DNA of 51,083 nt from an uncultured Collinsella sp. (GCA_900546965.1 URFE01000001.1:1-51083), one strand, 5' to 3'. Counted from the first letter of the stretch, positions 41,083 to 50,893 are shown. Notes: a model not told the origin generated them from the sequence alone. A program made the numbers and translations.

Positions 41083-42126
41083 TTAAGCATTGGTCTGGAC
41101 GAAGCCGCCATCAAACGCATTGGCCTCGAGCACGCGGGCACAGCCGTTAACGACGTTATCGAGCGCCGTGGGGCTGACGTTGACCGAAACACCGGTCTCA
41201 TCGCGCAGGCGCACGTCGAGACCGCGCAGCAGCGCGCCGCCACCGGTCAGCAATATGCCGTAGTACATAAGGTCAGAGGCAAGATCGGGCGGCGTGGCAT
41301 CGAGTGCGTCCTTGACGGCCTTGGCCATCTCGTCGAGCGGCTTGTTGAGTGCGCGACGAATCTCCTCGCTCTCGATGCGTACGGTCTTGGGCAGACCGGT
41401 GATCACGTCGCGGCCGTTGACCTCGACGTCGAGCTCGTCCTTGAGCGGCACGGCGGAACCGACCTTGATCTTGATGTCCTCTGCCGTACGCTCGCCGATG
41501 GCCAGGTTGTAGGCATCTCGAACGTGCGTGAGGATGGCCTGGTCGAACTCGTCACCGGCAATACGGATGGACTGCGAGACGACGATGCCGCCCATAGCGA
41601 TAACAGCGACCTCGGTGGTACCGCCACCGATGTCGATGACCATGGAGCCGGTGGGTTCCTCGACGGGCAGGTCGGCGCCGATAGCGGCGGCCATAGGCTC
41701 TTCGATCAGATAGGCCTGGCGGGCACCGGCCTGGATCGTGGCCTCAAAGACAGCGCGCTTCTCGACCGACGTGACACCGGAGGGAACGCAGACGACAACG
41801 CGCGGACGCGGGGTCCACGGATAGCGCTTCTCGGAAGCCTTGTCGATAAAGTAGCGGAGCATGGCCTCGGTAACATCGAAGTCGGCGATGACGCCGTCCT
41901 TCAGGGGACGAACGGCCACGATGTTGCCGGGCGTACGGCCGAGCATGCGCTTTGCCTCGATACCGACCGCCAGGATGCGCTCGTCGTTCTTGTCGATGGC
42001 GACAACAGAGGGCTCGCGAATGACGATGCCCTTGCCGCGCACGGAGACAAGCGTATTTGCGGTGCCGAGGTCGATGGCAAGATCGCCCGCATAGCTACCG
42101 AAGAACATATCCATCAAAGAAAACAA
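41083..42126 (-). CDS. mreB: Actin-like protein MreB
   Basis: IDLGTANT, RPLKDGVIADF, EEPMAAAIGA, DIGGGTT, LTGGGALL. Confidence 0.97.
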   Translation of the reverse strand: MFSLMDMFFGSYAGDLAIDLGTANTLVSVRGKGIVIREPSVVAIDKNDERILAVGIEAKRMLGRTPGNIVAVRPLKDGVIADFDVTEAMLRYFIDKASEKRYPWTPRPRVVVCVPSGVTSVEKRAVFEATIQAGARQAYLIEEPMAAAIGADLPVEEPTGSMVIDIGGGTTEVAVIAMGGIVVSQSIRIAGDEFDQAILTHVRDAYNLAIGERTAEDIKIKVGSAVPLKDELDVEVNGRDVITGLPKTVRIESEEIRRALNKPLDEMAKAVKDALDATPPDLASDLMYYGILLTGGGALLRGLDVRLRDETGVSVNVSPTALDNVVNGCARVLEANAFDGGFVQTNA

Positions 42127-42241
42127 CGCAACTCCTGATGTGTTGGATGATTGCTGGAAAACTACTAGCTCATCATACTAGCGCAAGCCCGGCACCTCAC
42201 TTGCGGTGAAGCGCCGGGCAAAGCTAAATCCCATAAGGTCA

Positions 42242-43546
42242 CTATTGGTTGTCAGCAGCCGAGAAATCCATATCGAGCGAGGAAACGGCCCAGCCGATAT
42301 GGTTATCGGAGCGCACGAATTTGACGGTGTACTCCTGCTCGCCGCCCTTGGACAGCGATGCCTTAACCTTAGCGGTCGTCTCGGTCATGGACTGATCCAT
42401 GCCCTCGACGGACACGGTGGCACCCTGCGGAATCGAGGAGATGATCATCGACTTGGCGTCCTCGGACAGGCTCGAGGCCAGGCAAGACTCGGCCTTTGCG
42501 GTGTCACCGTCGCCGGCAGCCTGGAACAGATCGGTAACGACAGACTCCTGGGACGGGAAGCCAAAGCCGCGCGTGTAGGCAAAGCCCAGACCGCCCGCGG
42601 CGATCAAAATGAGCAGAAGCAGCACGATGAAGACTTTGAGACCCGTGTGGCGATGGCGGCGACGGACCTTGGCCTGCTTACGATCCTGACGGTCCTGCTG
42701 GACCATCTCGGACTCGGACAGCGTAAAGAAGCCGGTATCCGAGGGATCGGGCATAAACTGACCGGTCGCGCCCGTAGGATCGAGCGGATCGACGGCAGGA
42801 GCGTCCATCGCGGGCGCCGGAGCCGTGGCCATAGCCGTCTGGGCAGACAGCGCGGCAAGCGAATCGTGCACGCGGGCAAGCTCATCGGCCTGCTCGGAGG
42901 TGAGCTGGTAGATGCCATCGGCAGTAGCGGCGTTAAAGGCGTCGAGTGCGTCGGAGGGACGGCCGGCGGCAGAAAGTGCCTGACCCATGCCGGCGTTGAG
43001 CGCACGCGTATCGTCGCGGGGGCCGGCAAAGTCGATAGCCGTGCGGTAGGTCTCCACGGCATCCGCCGGACGGCCGAGCTTAATGAAGCAACGGCCAAGC
43101 TCGCCGAGTGCGGCGGCAGGAGCCGGATTGGCGCCGTCGATGGCGGCCTGACGGAAGGCAGTACCCGCGTTGGCATAGTCGCCCGACTGGAACAGCGCGT
43201 TACCCAGGCCCAGATAGGCCTTGAACGGCGTGGCATAAGAAGCATCCTGCGTAGCAGCAGAGAACGCCTGGGCGGCCGTCGTGTAGTCGCCCACGGCGGC
43301 GAGCGCCTTGCCGCGGTTGGTGAGCAGCGCGCCGCGCTTGCCGTAGGTGCCGTCGTTGAGGGCGGCAGCATAAGCCTCGGCGGCCTCGGCATACATGCCC
43401 AGGTGCATCAAGGCGTTGCCACGAAGGTGATCGGCCTCGCCCATAATCTCATCGGAAGTCTTTGCCGCCCCAAGCATCTGGGCTGCAGCGGAAAAATCAC
43501 CCGCGCGGTAAGCGGCGCGGCCCTGTTGGATCAGCTGGCTATTCAA
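42242..43546 (-). CDS. Membrane-anchored tetratricopeptide-repeat protein
   Basis: Several TPR-like helical repeats, basic stretch plus single TM (VFIVLLLLILIAAGGLGF), C-terminal external domain. Confidence 0.8.
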   Translation of the reverse strand: MNSQLIQQGRAAYRAGDFSAAAQMLGAAKTSDEIMGEADHLRGNALMHLGMYAEAAEAYAAALNDGTYGKRGALLTNRGKALAAVGDYTTAAQAFSAATQDASYATPFKAYLGLGNALFQSGDYANAGTAFRQAAIDGANPAPAAALGELGRCFIKLGRPADAVETYRTAIDFAGPRDDTRALNAGMGQALSAAGRPSDALDAFNAATADGIYQLTSEQADELARVHDSLAALSAQTAMATAPAPAMDAPAVDPLDPTGATGQFMPDPSDTGFFTLSESEMVQQDRQDRKQAKVRRRHRHTGLKVFIVLLLLILIAAGGLGFAYTRGFGFPSQESVVTDLFQAAGDGDTAKAESCLASSLSEDAKSMIISSIPQGATVSVEGMDQSMTETTAKVKASLSKGGEQEYTVKFVRSDNHIGWAVSSLDMDFSAADNQ

Positions 43547-43557
43547 GGAAGTCCCCT

Positions 43558-44100
43558 TTACTCGTGAACGATCTCGACATGGACGATCTCGTCGCCGGCA
43601 CGCAGCTGCGAAATCACATCGAGACCCTCGACCGTGGTACCAAAGACGGTGTAACCGGAATCGAGGTTATGCTGGGCGCCCAGGCAGAAGTAGAACTGCG
43701 AACCCGCGGAATCGGGGTCCATGGAGCGTGCCATGGCAAGGGCACCATCGACATGGCTGTTGCGCGGATTGGTGGCAAACTCGCCCTTGATGCAGTAGCC
43801 GGGGCCACCGGTACCGGGCATGCCGTCGGGGCCCTCAAGACCAGCGGCGACGTCGGCGCCGGACATGTCGCGGGTATTGGGGTCGCCGCCCTGGATGACA
43901 AAACCGGGCACATAGCGATGGAACTTAAGGCCATCATAGAAGCCCATCGTAGAAAGCTCGCAGAAGTTCGCGACATGAATGGGAGCGCCCTCGCCGTCAA
44001 ACTTGACCTTGATGGTACCCTTCGACGTCTCGATAACGGCGCACTCGTCGCCGGCAAGCTGATACTCGGGCGTGTAGAGCTCTTTCTTAAAACCAAACAT
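43558..44100 (-). CDS. Cyclophilin-type peptidyl-prolyl isomerase
   Basis: FYDGLKFHR, FVIQGGDP, GALAMAR, AGSQFY, YTVFG. Confidence 0.95.
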   Translation of the reverse strand: MFGFKKELYTPEYQLAGDECAVIETSKGTIKVKFDGEGAPIHVANFCELSTMGFYDGLKFHRYVPGFVIQGGDPNTRDMSGADVAAGLEGPDGMPGTGGPGYCIKGEFATNPRNSHVDGALAMARSMDPDSAGSQFYFCLGAQHNLDSGYTVFGTTVEGLDVISQLRAGDEIVHVEIVHE

Positions 44101-44207
44101 GTGGTTCCTTCCTCGTGCGTTTAAAGCATATTTGTACGAATTGTAGCAATAAGCATGCGCTTACATCAATTGCGCACGTAGGTTATGCCGACTATGGCGA
44201 ACTAATT

Positions 44208-45350
44208 TTAGGAACGCTGCTGCGGCTCCCAGGAGCCCACGTTGTCGTCGTACTGTTCCAGCGCGCTGCTGCCGCCCTGCGCGATGGGCGCCAGGATCTC
44301 GCTTTTGTGGTAACTCATCGACTCGCCATCGGGAATGGCCAGCGAGATATCCCAGCTCTGGCAGATTACGTCGACGCGCTCATACATCCACTCGGCAAGC
44401 TGCTTTAAGTGGGCGATGTCGTCCGCATAGACCGTATCGTCCTGATACTTAAGGTTGTTGAGCTCATCTTGCGTCTTTTTGATCTGGTCGCGCAGGGCGT
44501 AGGCACTCTGCGACAGCTCCTGACGGGTGGACAGCGGCGTTTGGAGATAGCCGTTGTTAAAGGAATCGATGACCTCGCCGATCTGGTCCTCGTCACCATA
44601 GGACACGATGGTCTGATACAGACCGTCGAGCCTGGAATAGAGCTGATCATCGGTCAGCACGGTTTCTTCCTGGACCACCTCGGCAGAATCGTCCTGCTTG
44701 GTATCGTCCTCATTCGCCTCGCCCTTTTGGCGCGTGGGGAAGGTCGTCTGCGCGGCCTGGCCAAACTGGTCATAGAAGCCAGGCATGACACCCATGGGAT
44801 CGGCCGTCACGAACCAATAGGCACCACCGCAAACGACTGCAAGGACCACGATGACGATGAGCGGCTTGGGGATATGACGCTTGTGCTTGTGATAGGCGTC
44901 CTCGTCGGGATGCACCTTGCGCTTGGGTTTTTGAGCATCGTCGTGCAGGGAAACGGGCGTGGGAATATCGACCTTGGGAATACCGAAATCCTTATCGAAA
45001 GCCGGCAGCACGCAGGTCTCGTTAGGATCGGCGGCGTCCGAAAGAACCGCGGCGGCCGAGGCGGGCGCATGCGGCACCTCGGTATCGATCTGCTCTTGCG
45101 TTAGGCGCGGAAAGCCCGCCGTGCGGCCCGCTGCCAGGTCGGATGCGGCCGCGTCCTCGGAGAGGATACCCGGAGCGGGGCGTCCGCATTTTGGGCACGT
45201 ACGATCATGCGGAGAAAGACGGGCACCGCAGCCCTCGCAGAACACGAACTCGGTGTGCTCGGGACCATCGCCCGGACCCACATAGGCGTTGCAGTAGGGG
45301 CAGAACGAGGCGCCGTCCTCGATAGTCTTAAGGCAGTGCGGGCAGATCAC
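44208..45350 (-). CDS. Double zinc-ribbon membrane protein
   Basis: CPHC, CPYC, CEGC, CPKC; single TM; acidic helical C-terminus; GTG start after GAGG (TTG 45380 is an alternative). Confidence 0.8.
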   Translation of the reverse strand: MICPHCLKTIEDGASFCPYCNAYVGPGDGPEHTEFVFCEGCGARLSPHDRTCPKCGRPAPGILSEDAAASDLAAGRTAGFPRLTQEQIDTEVPHAPASAAAVLSDAADPNETCVLPAFDKDFGIPKVDIPTPVSLHDDAQKPKRKVHPDEDAYHKHKRHIPKPLIVIVVLAVVCGGAYWFVTADPMGVMPGFYDQFGQAAQTTFPTRQKGEANEDDTKQDDSAEVVQEETVLTDDQLYSRLDGLYQTIVSYGDEDQIGEVIDSFNNGYLQTPLSTRQELSQSAYALRDQIKKTQDELNNLKYQDDTVYADDIAHLKQLAEWMYERVDVICQSWDISLAIPDGESMSYHKSEILAPIAQGGSSALEQYDDNVGSWEPQQRS

Positions 45351-45453
45351 GGCATCCTCTTTTCGAAGCAATTCAAACAATCGAGGTTAGAGCATAACAT
45401 CGCCACGGCCCCACAGGAACAAGGCACCAATTCAACATCGCCAGGGCGCGTAG

Positions 45454-48192
45454 CTACTTCTTCTTTTTGCTTGGCATCGAGACTTTGATGCCTTGGGCGG
45501 ACTTGGTCACGCGAGAGCGCTTGGCTCCGGCACTCCTCTTTTTCTTGGGCTGGGCCTGGGTCACGCCCTCGAGCGCGCGGGCCTCGGCCTCGCGAACGGT
45601 GCGATCTTCGCGGCGCTGCGCCATGTCGGCGGCAACGCGCTTGGCAAAACGTTCGGCCGTCGAGCCCGTCGAGCTCACCTTGCCGCCACCGCGACCCAGG
45701 CGGACGCGCACACCGCGGCCAAAACCAGTTGCGGCATGACGACGACGCGGCTTGAGCGAATCCATCATCGTGGCGAGCTTAAAAAACACCGAGCAGGTAA
45801 AGACCACAATGACAGCCAAGATAACCATCTGGCCCATCGACAGGTTGGCAATGGACAGCAGCTCTGGGAATCCGATAACGCCCACCAGGATGCCGGCGAC
45901 TACAAACACAAAGAGCACCACACGTAAGGGCGTGAGAGGTTGCGAGATGCGCCAGATCAGGCTGACGCTCGTCGCGCACGACGTAAGCAAGCACATCGTA
46001 GACAGCGTGAGCTGGCTAAAGCCAAACACGCGCGCCACAAAGATATCGAGCGCCGCAGCCAAAATGACCGCAATCGACGCCGGCAGTGCACGCTTGAGTA
46101 CGTTGGTCAAAAACGCACCCTTCACGCGAGCATTGTTGGGCTCCAGGCCCAACACAAAGCCCGGCGCGCCGATGCAGAAGAAGTTAATGAGCGTCATCTG
46201 GATGGGCTCGAAGGGGTACGGCGGCAGCGCGATGCACAGCGCCGCCAGGCACATCGAGAACAGCGTCTTGGTCAGGAACAGCGAGGCCGAACGCTGCAGG
46301 TTGTTGATGGAGCGACGGCCCTCGGCCACCACGGCGGGCATCGAGGCAAAGTCGTTGTCGACGAGTACGATCTCGGCCACATTACGCGCGGCATCGGAGC
46401 CGGCCGCCATGGCGACGGAGCAGTCGGCTTCCTTGAGCGCCAGCACGTCGTTGACGCCGTCGCCCGTCATGGCCACGGTGTGCTCGCGGCGTTTGAGCGC
46501 CTGCACGAGCTCGCGCTTCTGCTGCGGGGTCACACGACCAAAGACATGGTAGCGGTCCACAGCGGCATCGAGCTTGGCCGGCGTATCGAGCGTCGTGGCG
46601 TCCACATAAGCGTCCGCCCCCGGCACGCCCACCACGCGCGCGATCGACGACACCGTACGCGGGTCGTCGCCACTGATCACGTTGAGGGTCACGCCCTGCT
46701 CGTTAAAGTAGCCAATGGTCTCGGCCGCCGAGGTACGAATCTCGTCGCGGATGGTCACAAAGCCCACGGGCTCGGCCTCGCCCACCATATCGCCATCGGG
46801 CGTAAAGCCGTCCACGCGCGCCACCACGAGCACGCGGCAGGTATCGGCAAGCTCGGCGACACGGTTCTCGACCTGCGAAAACACACGCTCCGAAAGCACA
46901 AACTGCGCGGCGCCCATCACATAGGAGCCCTGCGCAAACGACGCGCCGCTCCACTTTTTGGAGGACGAAAACGGAATGACCGACAGCGGCTCAGACACCT
47001 CGACCGGGCGATCGGCGTAATAGTTAAGCAGCGCCTGGCAGGTCTCGTTGGCATCGGCCGAAGTCGCACGCGCCACGTTAGCCAGCGCAAAATCGAGCAC
47101 CGTGGTATCGACGGGAACAGCCGCTTCGTCCGAGCCGGCGCCAAGGCTAACGCCCTCAACCGGCAGCGGATACGTGCCCTCGACCTCCATGCGGCCCGAC
47201 GTGATGGTGCCCGTCTTATCCAGGCACAGCACGTCGACGCGAGCGAGCGTCTCGATGCAGTAGAGCTGCTGTGCCAGCACCTTGCGGCGGGCCAGACGCA
47301 CCGTGGCGATGGCGAGCACCGACGAGGTCAGCAGTACCAGGCCTTGGGGGATCATGCCCAGCAGGGCGCCCACCGTGGACAGCAGCGCCGACGAAGGCAC
47401 ATGACCAGCCAACAGCTCGGAGAAGCACCACGAAAGCGCGCTATCGCCCGGGGTTCCCGCGGCATCCCACAGCTCGCTCACACTCGAGGCAAACAACGCC
47501 AAACCGAGCGGGATCATGATGATGCTCGCGAAGCGCACGATGGCGTTCAGCGCGTTCATGATCTCGGAATTGACCTTTTTGACGTACTTGGCCTCGTTAT
47601 TAATTTTGGCCACGTAGTTGTCGGCGCCGACATGGATCACGCGGGCGCGCAGCAGGCCCGAGTCGATAAAACTGCCGCTCATGAGCTCGGAACCGGGCTG
47701 CTTCTTGATAAGGTCACTCTCGCCCGTCAGCAGGCTCTCGTTCACGAGCGCCTCGCCCGAAACCACCACGGCGTCAGCGGGAATCTGGTCGCCGCGCCCC
47801 AGGCGGATAATGTCGTCGAGCACGATCTGGTCCAGGTCGAGCTCCACCTCGGCGCCGTCGCGCACCGCGATGGCCTTCTTGGAAGTCAGCAGCGTGAGCT
47901 TATCGACCATCTTCTTGGAACGCATGGATTGAATGACGCCAATAGCGGTATTGAGGAACACCACGAACAGGAACGTCAGATTCTTAAACGAACCGGTCAA
48001 AATGACCAGGAACGCTAAGATCACGTTGATCAAATTGAACAGCGTGCAGAGATTCTCGATGATGAGCTCTTTGACCGACTTGGTCTTGAGCTCCATGTTG
48101 CGGTTGATCTTACCGGCGGCGATGCGCTCCTCAACCTCGGCGGTCGAGAGTCCGCGCTCGATATCCGTTGCTGCCATACCACGTCCCATCAC
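45454..48192 (-). CDS. Cation-transporting P-type ATPase (CtpE-like) with basic C-terminal tail
   Basis: LTGES, DKTGTIT, ISGDD, TGDGVND; IPQGL in TM4. Confidence 0.93.
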   Translation of the reverse strand: MMGRGMAATDIERGLSTAEVEERIAAGKINRNMELKTKSVKELIIENLCTLFNLINVILAFLVILTGSFKNLTFLFVVFLNTAIGVIQSMRSKKMVDKLTLLTSKKAIAVRDGAEVELDLDQIVLDDIIRLGRGDQIPADAVVVSGEALVNESLLTGESDLIKKQPGSELMSGSFIDSGLLRARVIHVGADNYVAKINNEAKYVKKVNSEIMNALNAIVRFASIIMIPLGLALFASSVSELWDAAGTPGDSALSWCFSELLAGHVPSSALLSTVGALLGMIPQGLVLLTSSVLAIATVRLARRKVLAQQLYCIETLARVDVLCLDKTGTITSGRMEVEGTYPLPVEGVSLGAGSDEAAVPVDTTVLDFALANVARATSADANETCQALLNYYADRPVEVSEPLSVIPFSSSKKWSGASFAQGSYVMGAAQFVLSERVFSQVENRVAELADTCRVLVVARVDGFTPDGDMVGEAEPVGFVTIRDEIRTSAAETIGYFNEQGVTLNVISGDDPRTVSSIARVVGVPGADAYVDATTLDTPAKLDAAVDRYHVFGRVTPQQKRELVQALKRREHTVAMTGDGVNDVLALKEADCSVAMAAGSDAARNVAEIVLVDNDFASMPAVVAEGRRSINNLQRSASLFLTKTLFSMCLAALCIALPPYPFEPIQMTLINFFCIGAPGFVLGLEPNNARVKGAFLTNVLKRALPASIAVILAAALDIFVARVFGFSQLTLSTMCLLTSCATSVSLIWRISQPLTPLRVVLFVFVVAGILVGVIGFPELLSIANLSMGQMVILAVIVVFTCSVFFKLATMMDSLKPRRRHAATGFGRGVRVRLGRGGGKVSSTGSTAERFAKRVAADMAQRREDRTVREAEARALEGVTQAQPKKKRSAGAKRSRVTKSAQGIKVSMPSKKKK

Positions 48193-48208
48193 GTCGCGTC
48201 GGTATAAG

Positions 48209-48245
48209 AAAAACCGCCCGGACCATGCGAGGTTCGGACGGTCTT
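48209..48245 (-). terminator. Intrinsic terminator just outside the putative prophage junction
   Basis: ACCGTCCGAACC...GGTCCGGGCGGT stem followed by a U tract on the minus strand. Confidence 0.65.
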
Positions 48246-48354
48246 ACGTTCGATGGTGCCCCGTCTGCCTAGATTCTAGAACCGAGATCTGCGCCGTTGG
48301 GACCGTCGTGCTGCTCAGGATACCACGGGCGGCGTAGCGTCATCTTTTCTCGAG

Positions 48355-48384
48355 AAAAAACCCGCCCGGGAAAACCCGAGCGGG
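48355..48384 (-). terminator. Terminator of the phage lysis operon
   Basis: CCCGCTCGGG-TTTT-CCCGGGCGGG-TTTTTT. Confidence 0.85.
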
Positions 48385-48390
48385 CCGCGG

Positions 48391-48480
48391 CTAGCGCCGG
48401 TTGATGCTCACGATGCAGAGCCCGATTGTCGCCACGGTGCCGCCGAACAGCGCGCCGAGAACGAAGGCCAACGCGATCAT
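48391..48480 (-). CDS. 29-aa single-TM phage peptide (absent from ORF track)
   Basis: [29 protein letters not shown]; starts 1 nt after the endolysin stop and ends just before the terminator. Confidence 0.65.
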   Translation of the reverse strand: MIALAFVLGALFGGTVATIGLCIVSINRR

Positions 48481-48481
48481 G

Positions 48482-49540
48482 CTAGTACGGGTTGCCGTCG
48501 GTGACGCAGACCTGGAGTCGGTCGAGCGGCTCACCGTAGAAACCCGCGAAGTCGTCGCCGCCGTAGGTGGAGCCGTCGTCGCAAACGGTATCGAGCCACC
48601 CGGCGCGCACGGTGGTCTGCGAGCGATACCATGCCTGCTTGTACTCCTCGCCGCCCGGGGTCACATAGTACATGCGCACGCCGTCGATGGTGTGGCCAGC
48701 GATTCCGGCGCAACCGTTGACGGTATCGTTGCGGTCGCCCTTGGTAACATAGCCGAGCCAGCCGTCCTCGATGGTATGCACCTGATACTTGAGCGTGCCG
48801 CGATCGACTCGGGCGCAAAGGAGATCGTGCTGCCGGCACGGGTATCCCGCGAAACCGTTGTCCCCGGCGCCGAAGTCGGTCACCTCGTCCAGCCAGCCGC
48901 CGCCCTTGAGGTGGAGGGAATAGTGGACGGGGATGCGCTTGCCAGATGCCTTTGAGAAGCCGCCGGATGCCACTTGGGCGGGCTTTGCAGCGGCAGGCTT
49001 GGCGACGGGGGCGGGCGCCTTGCCGCCCTTCATCGCGTCGTACCACGCCTGAGCGCGCTGCATATAATGGTCGCGCTGGGAGCCCGCAAGCTCGCCGGGG
49101 CAGGCCGTGGCGCTCCAATAGCGGTGCGGGAAGACGTTCTTGCACCACTCGGGGCGGCCGAGGCCGTAGTACAGGCACAGGGCCGCGACGAGGTGCGCGC
49201 CGCTCTCGATTGCCTTCTCGTGGACCGTCCACGGGTTGCTGCCGCTGTTCGCGTGCTCGATGGAGATGGTCGTGTCGTTGCCGCGTCCCGTACCGATACC
49301 GTCGCCGCAGGCGTAGGCGCGGTCGGTGTCGTTGACGTGCTGCACGATGTAGCCGTTGCGGTCGACCGAATAGTGCGCCGAGCAGCCGTTGGCACCCCAG
49401 ATGCCGTTGCACTGGCCGGCGTTGAGGTCGCCGGCCATGTGGTGGATGGTCACGCCCTTGATGCCGAACGGGCGGCCTGCGGAGAAGTTGCGCCCAAGAA
49501 GCTTGTACTCGTCCGGTTGGACGTTCGCGAAGTCTGCCAT
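48482..49540 (-). CDS. Endolysin: N-acetylmuramoyl-L-alanine amidase (Amidase_2-like) with Trp-repeat cell-wall-binding domain
   Basis: [25 protein letters not shown]; Ala/Pro/Lys linker; repeated GW(L) segments; AAGGAGG SD before ATG 49540. Confidence 0.92.
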   Translation of the reverse strand: MADFANVQPDEYKLLGRNFSAGRPFGIKGVTIHHMAGDLNAGQCNGIWGANGCSAHYSVDRNGYIVQHVNDTDRAYACGDGIGTGRGNDTTISIEHANSGSNPWTVHEKAIESGAHLVAALCLYYGLGRPEWCKNVFPHRYWSATACPGELAGSQRDHYMQRAQAWYDAMKGGKAPAPVAKPAAAKPAQVASGGFSKASGKRIPVHYSLHLKGGGWLDEVTDFGAGDNGFAGYPCRQHDLLCARVDRGTLKYQVHTIEDGWLGYVTKGDRNDTVNGCAGIAGHTIDGVRMYYVTPGGEEYKQAWYRSQTTVRAGWLDTVCDDGSTYGGDDFAGFYGEPLDRLQVCVTDGNPY

Positions 49541-49541
49541 G

Positions 49542-49847
49542 TTAGTCCTCCTTGATGTCGCCGAGCGCGAGCAGCGCATCGAGCCATTTGTCCGTGATGC
49601 CGACGGATTTGAAGGCCGCATATGCCACCTGCACGCCGCCTACCGCGGCGAAGATGGACGTAACCCATGCCGAGGGTTCGGTCGGGACGCCGCCAGACAT
49701 GGCCGTGAGCGCGCCGCATCCCGCCGAGACGGCGATGGCCGTCCAGCGGGCGACGCTGCCCGTCATGGCCTTAGTCTTGATGGCCTGCACGATGTACGGC
49801 ACCACGAGCACCGTGGCGACGGTGAGACCCGCTTGAATCTCAGTCAT
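49542..49847 (-). CDS. Holin
   Basis: 101 aa, 2-3 TM segments, IVQAIK motif, immediately upstream of the endolysin. Confidence 0.82.
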   Translation of the reverse strand: MTEIQAGLTVATVLVVPYIVQAIKTKAMTGSVARWTAIAVSAGCGALTAMSGGVPTEPSAWVTSIFAAVGGVQVAYAAFKSVGITDKWLDALLALGDIKED

Positions 49848-49857
49848 TCGATTGCTC

Positions 49858-50271
49858 CTATCTGATTGTTTCCTTGTTGTACATGAGGTCGACGCGGTCG
49901 TAGATGTGGTCGACCTTCTCGGCCATCCCCTGGCTGCGCGCCTGGCTGTGGGCCAAGTCGTTGTGCAGGACCTCGTTGGACGCTACGACCGACTCCATGA
50001 GGGTCTTCATGGCCTCCATGAGCGAGTTGCTGCGTTCCATTTGCGCGGCGATGCGGCCCTCCATCTGCGAGCGTTCGCGGTCCCGCTGCGCGCGCTCGTC
50101 GACCTCGGCCTGCTTGCGCTCCTCGCGCTTCATGTCGATGCCGGCCTTGCGTTCGTTCTGCCTTTTGTATTCATCCAAAAACTGACGGCCGAAGTAGAAC
50201 GCTATGAGGCCGAGAAGGACGCCACCGAGCCATCCCGGTCCGTAAGGCGCAAAAAGTTTGAGCACTTCCAT
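49858..50271 (-). CDS. Phage membrane protein (N-terminal TM plus coiled coil), lysis-cassette associated
   Basis: MEVLKLFAPYGPGWLGGVLLGLIAFYFG then a charged coiled coil; AAGGAGG SD. Confidence 0.75.
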   Translation of the reverse strand: MEVLKLFAPYGPGWLGGVLLGLIAFYFGRQFLDEYKRQNERKAGIDMKREERKQAEVDERAQRDRERSQMEGRIAAQMERSNSLMEAMKTLMESVVASNEVLHNDLAHSQARSQGMAEKVDHIYDRVDLMYNKETIR

Positions 50272-50291
50272 CCCGAGCGCCCTCCTTCCGC

Positions 50292-50459
50292 CTATTCGGC
50301 CGCGTACTCCTCGCCGGTGATCTCCTTGTACTCGTCGGCGGTGATCCACTTGCACTCGACGGCCTTATGTACTCGCGCCTTTGTCCAAAGAGATCGGTCG
50401 TAGTACTTCTTGACGAGCGCGAAGTGCTTGGAATGCCCGTCGGTCTTCTTCGTCGGCAT
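50292..50459 (-). CDS. XkdX-family phage protein (55 aa, absent from ORF track)
   Basis: VKKYYDRSLW...AVECKWITADEYKEITGEEY; start overlaps the upstream stop (TAATG); GGAGG SD. Confidence 0.85.
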   Translation of the reverse strand: MPTKKTDGHSKHFALVKKYYDRSLWTKARVHKAVECKWITADEYKEITGEEYAAE

Positions 50460-50785
50460 TACTGGTCACCTCCGACCGTCATGAGCAGGTAGTCGATGTT
50501 CGCCGTGTTCTGCTCGGTCTGCGTCGGCTTCGACGCCTGCTCGCGCATCTGGCCGAGCAGCGCCGGTACGTCGGGCGTCTCGCCTCTGTCGTAGGCAGCG
50601 AGCGCCGCGGTGTAGGCGAGCTTTCGCGCCTTCCGCTCAGCGTACTCGTCATCGTCGATAACGCCCGCGTCGTGCGCCGCGTCGGGGTCGCCGATCTGCG
50701 ACAGCAGATCGCGCAGGGCGTTGACCTCGGCCATGGTGCCATCTTGAAGCTCGTTGGGGCGCGGCGTGTCTTCCTCAGTGTCCAT
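50459..50785 (-). CDS. Phage hypothetical protein (XkdW-position gene)
   Basis: 108 aa ending ANIDYLLMTVGG, coupled to XkdX; GAGAGGAG SD. Confidence 0.7.
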   Translation of the reverse strand: MDTEEDTPRPNELQDGTMAEVNALRDLLSQIGDPDAAHDAGVIDDDEYAERKARKLAYTAALAAYDRGETPDVPALLGQMREQASKPTQTEQNTANIDYLLMTVGGDQ

Positions 50786-50869
50786 GCGGACTCCTCTCTT
50801 GTCGGGGAATGTGCCGCCATCGTATTAGCGCCGTGAGATTGCCGAGCCGCTTTGATGGGCGCAAAGGAA

Positions 50870-50893
50870 GAAGGCGCGCCGCAGCACGCCTTC
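50870..50893 (-). terminator. Hairpin/terminator after the edge ORF
   Basis: GAAGGCGTGC-TGCG-GCGCGCCTTC followed by TTCCTTT on the minus strand. Confidence 0.6.

Noticed and set aside
48254..48330. Complete tRNA gene
   Set aside because: No cloverleaf can be folded; only a CCA-like end and an imperfect T-loop-like motif
48401..49865. Alternative-frame ORFs over the endolysin (48531-49412, 48401-48955 and others) as spanin-like genes
   Set aside because: No lipobox or TM signature; Arg/Pro-rich or antisense shadow frames
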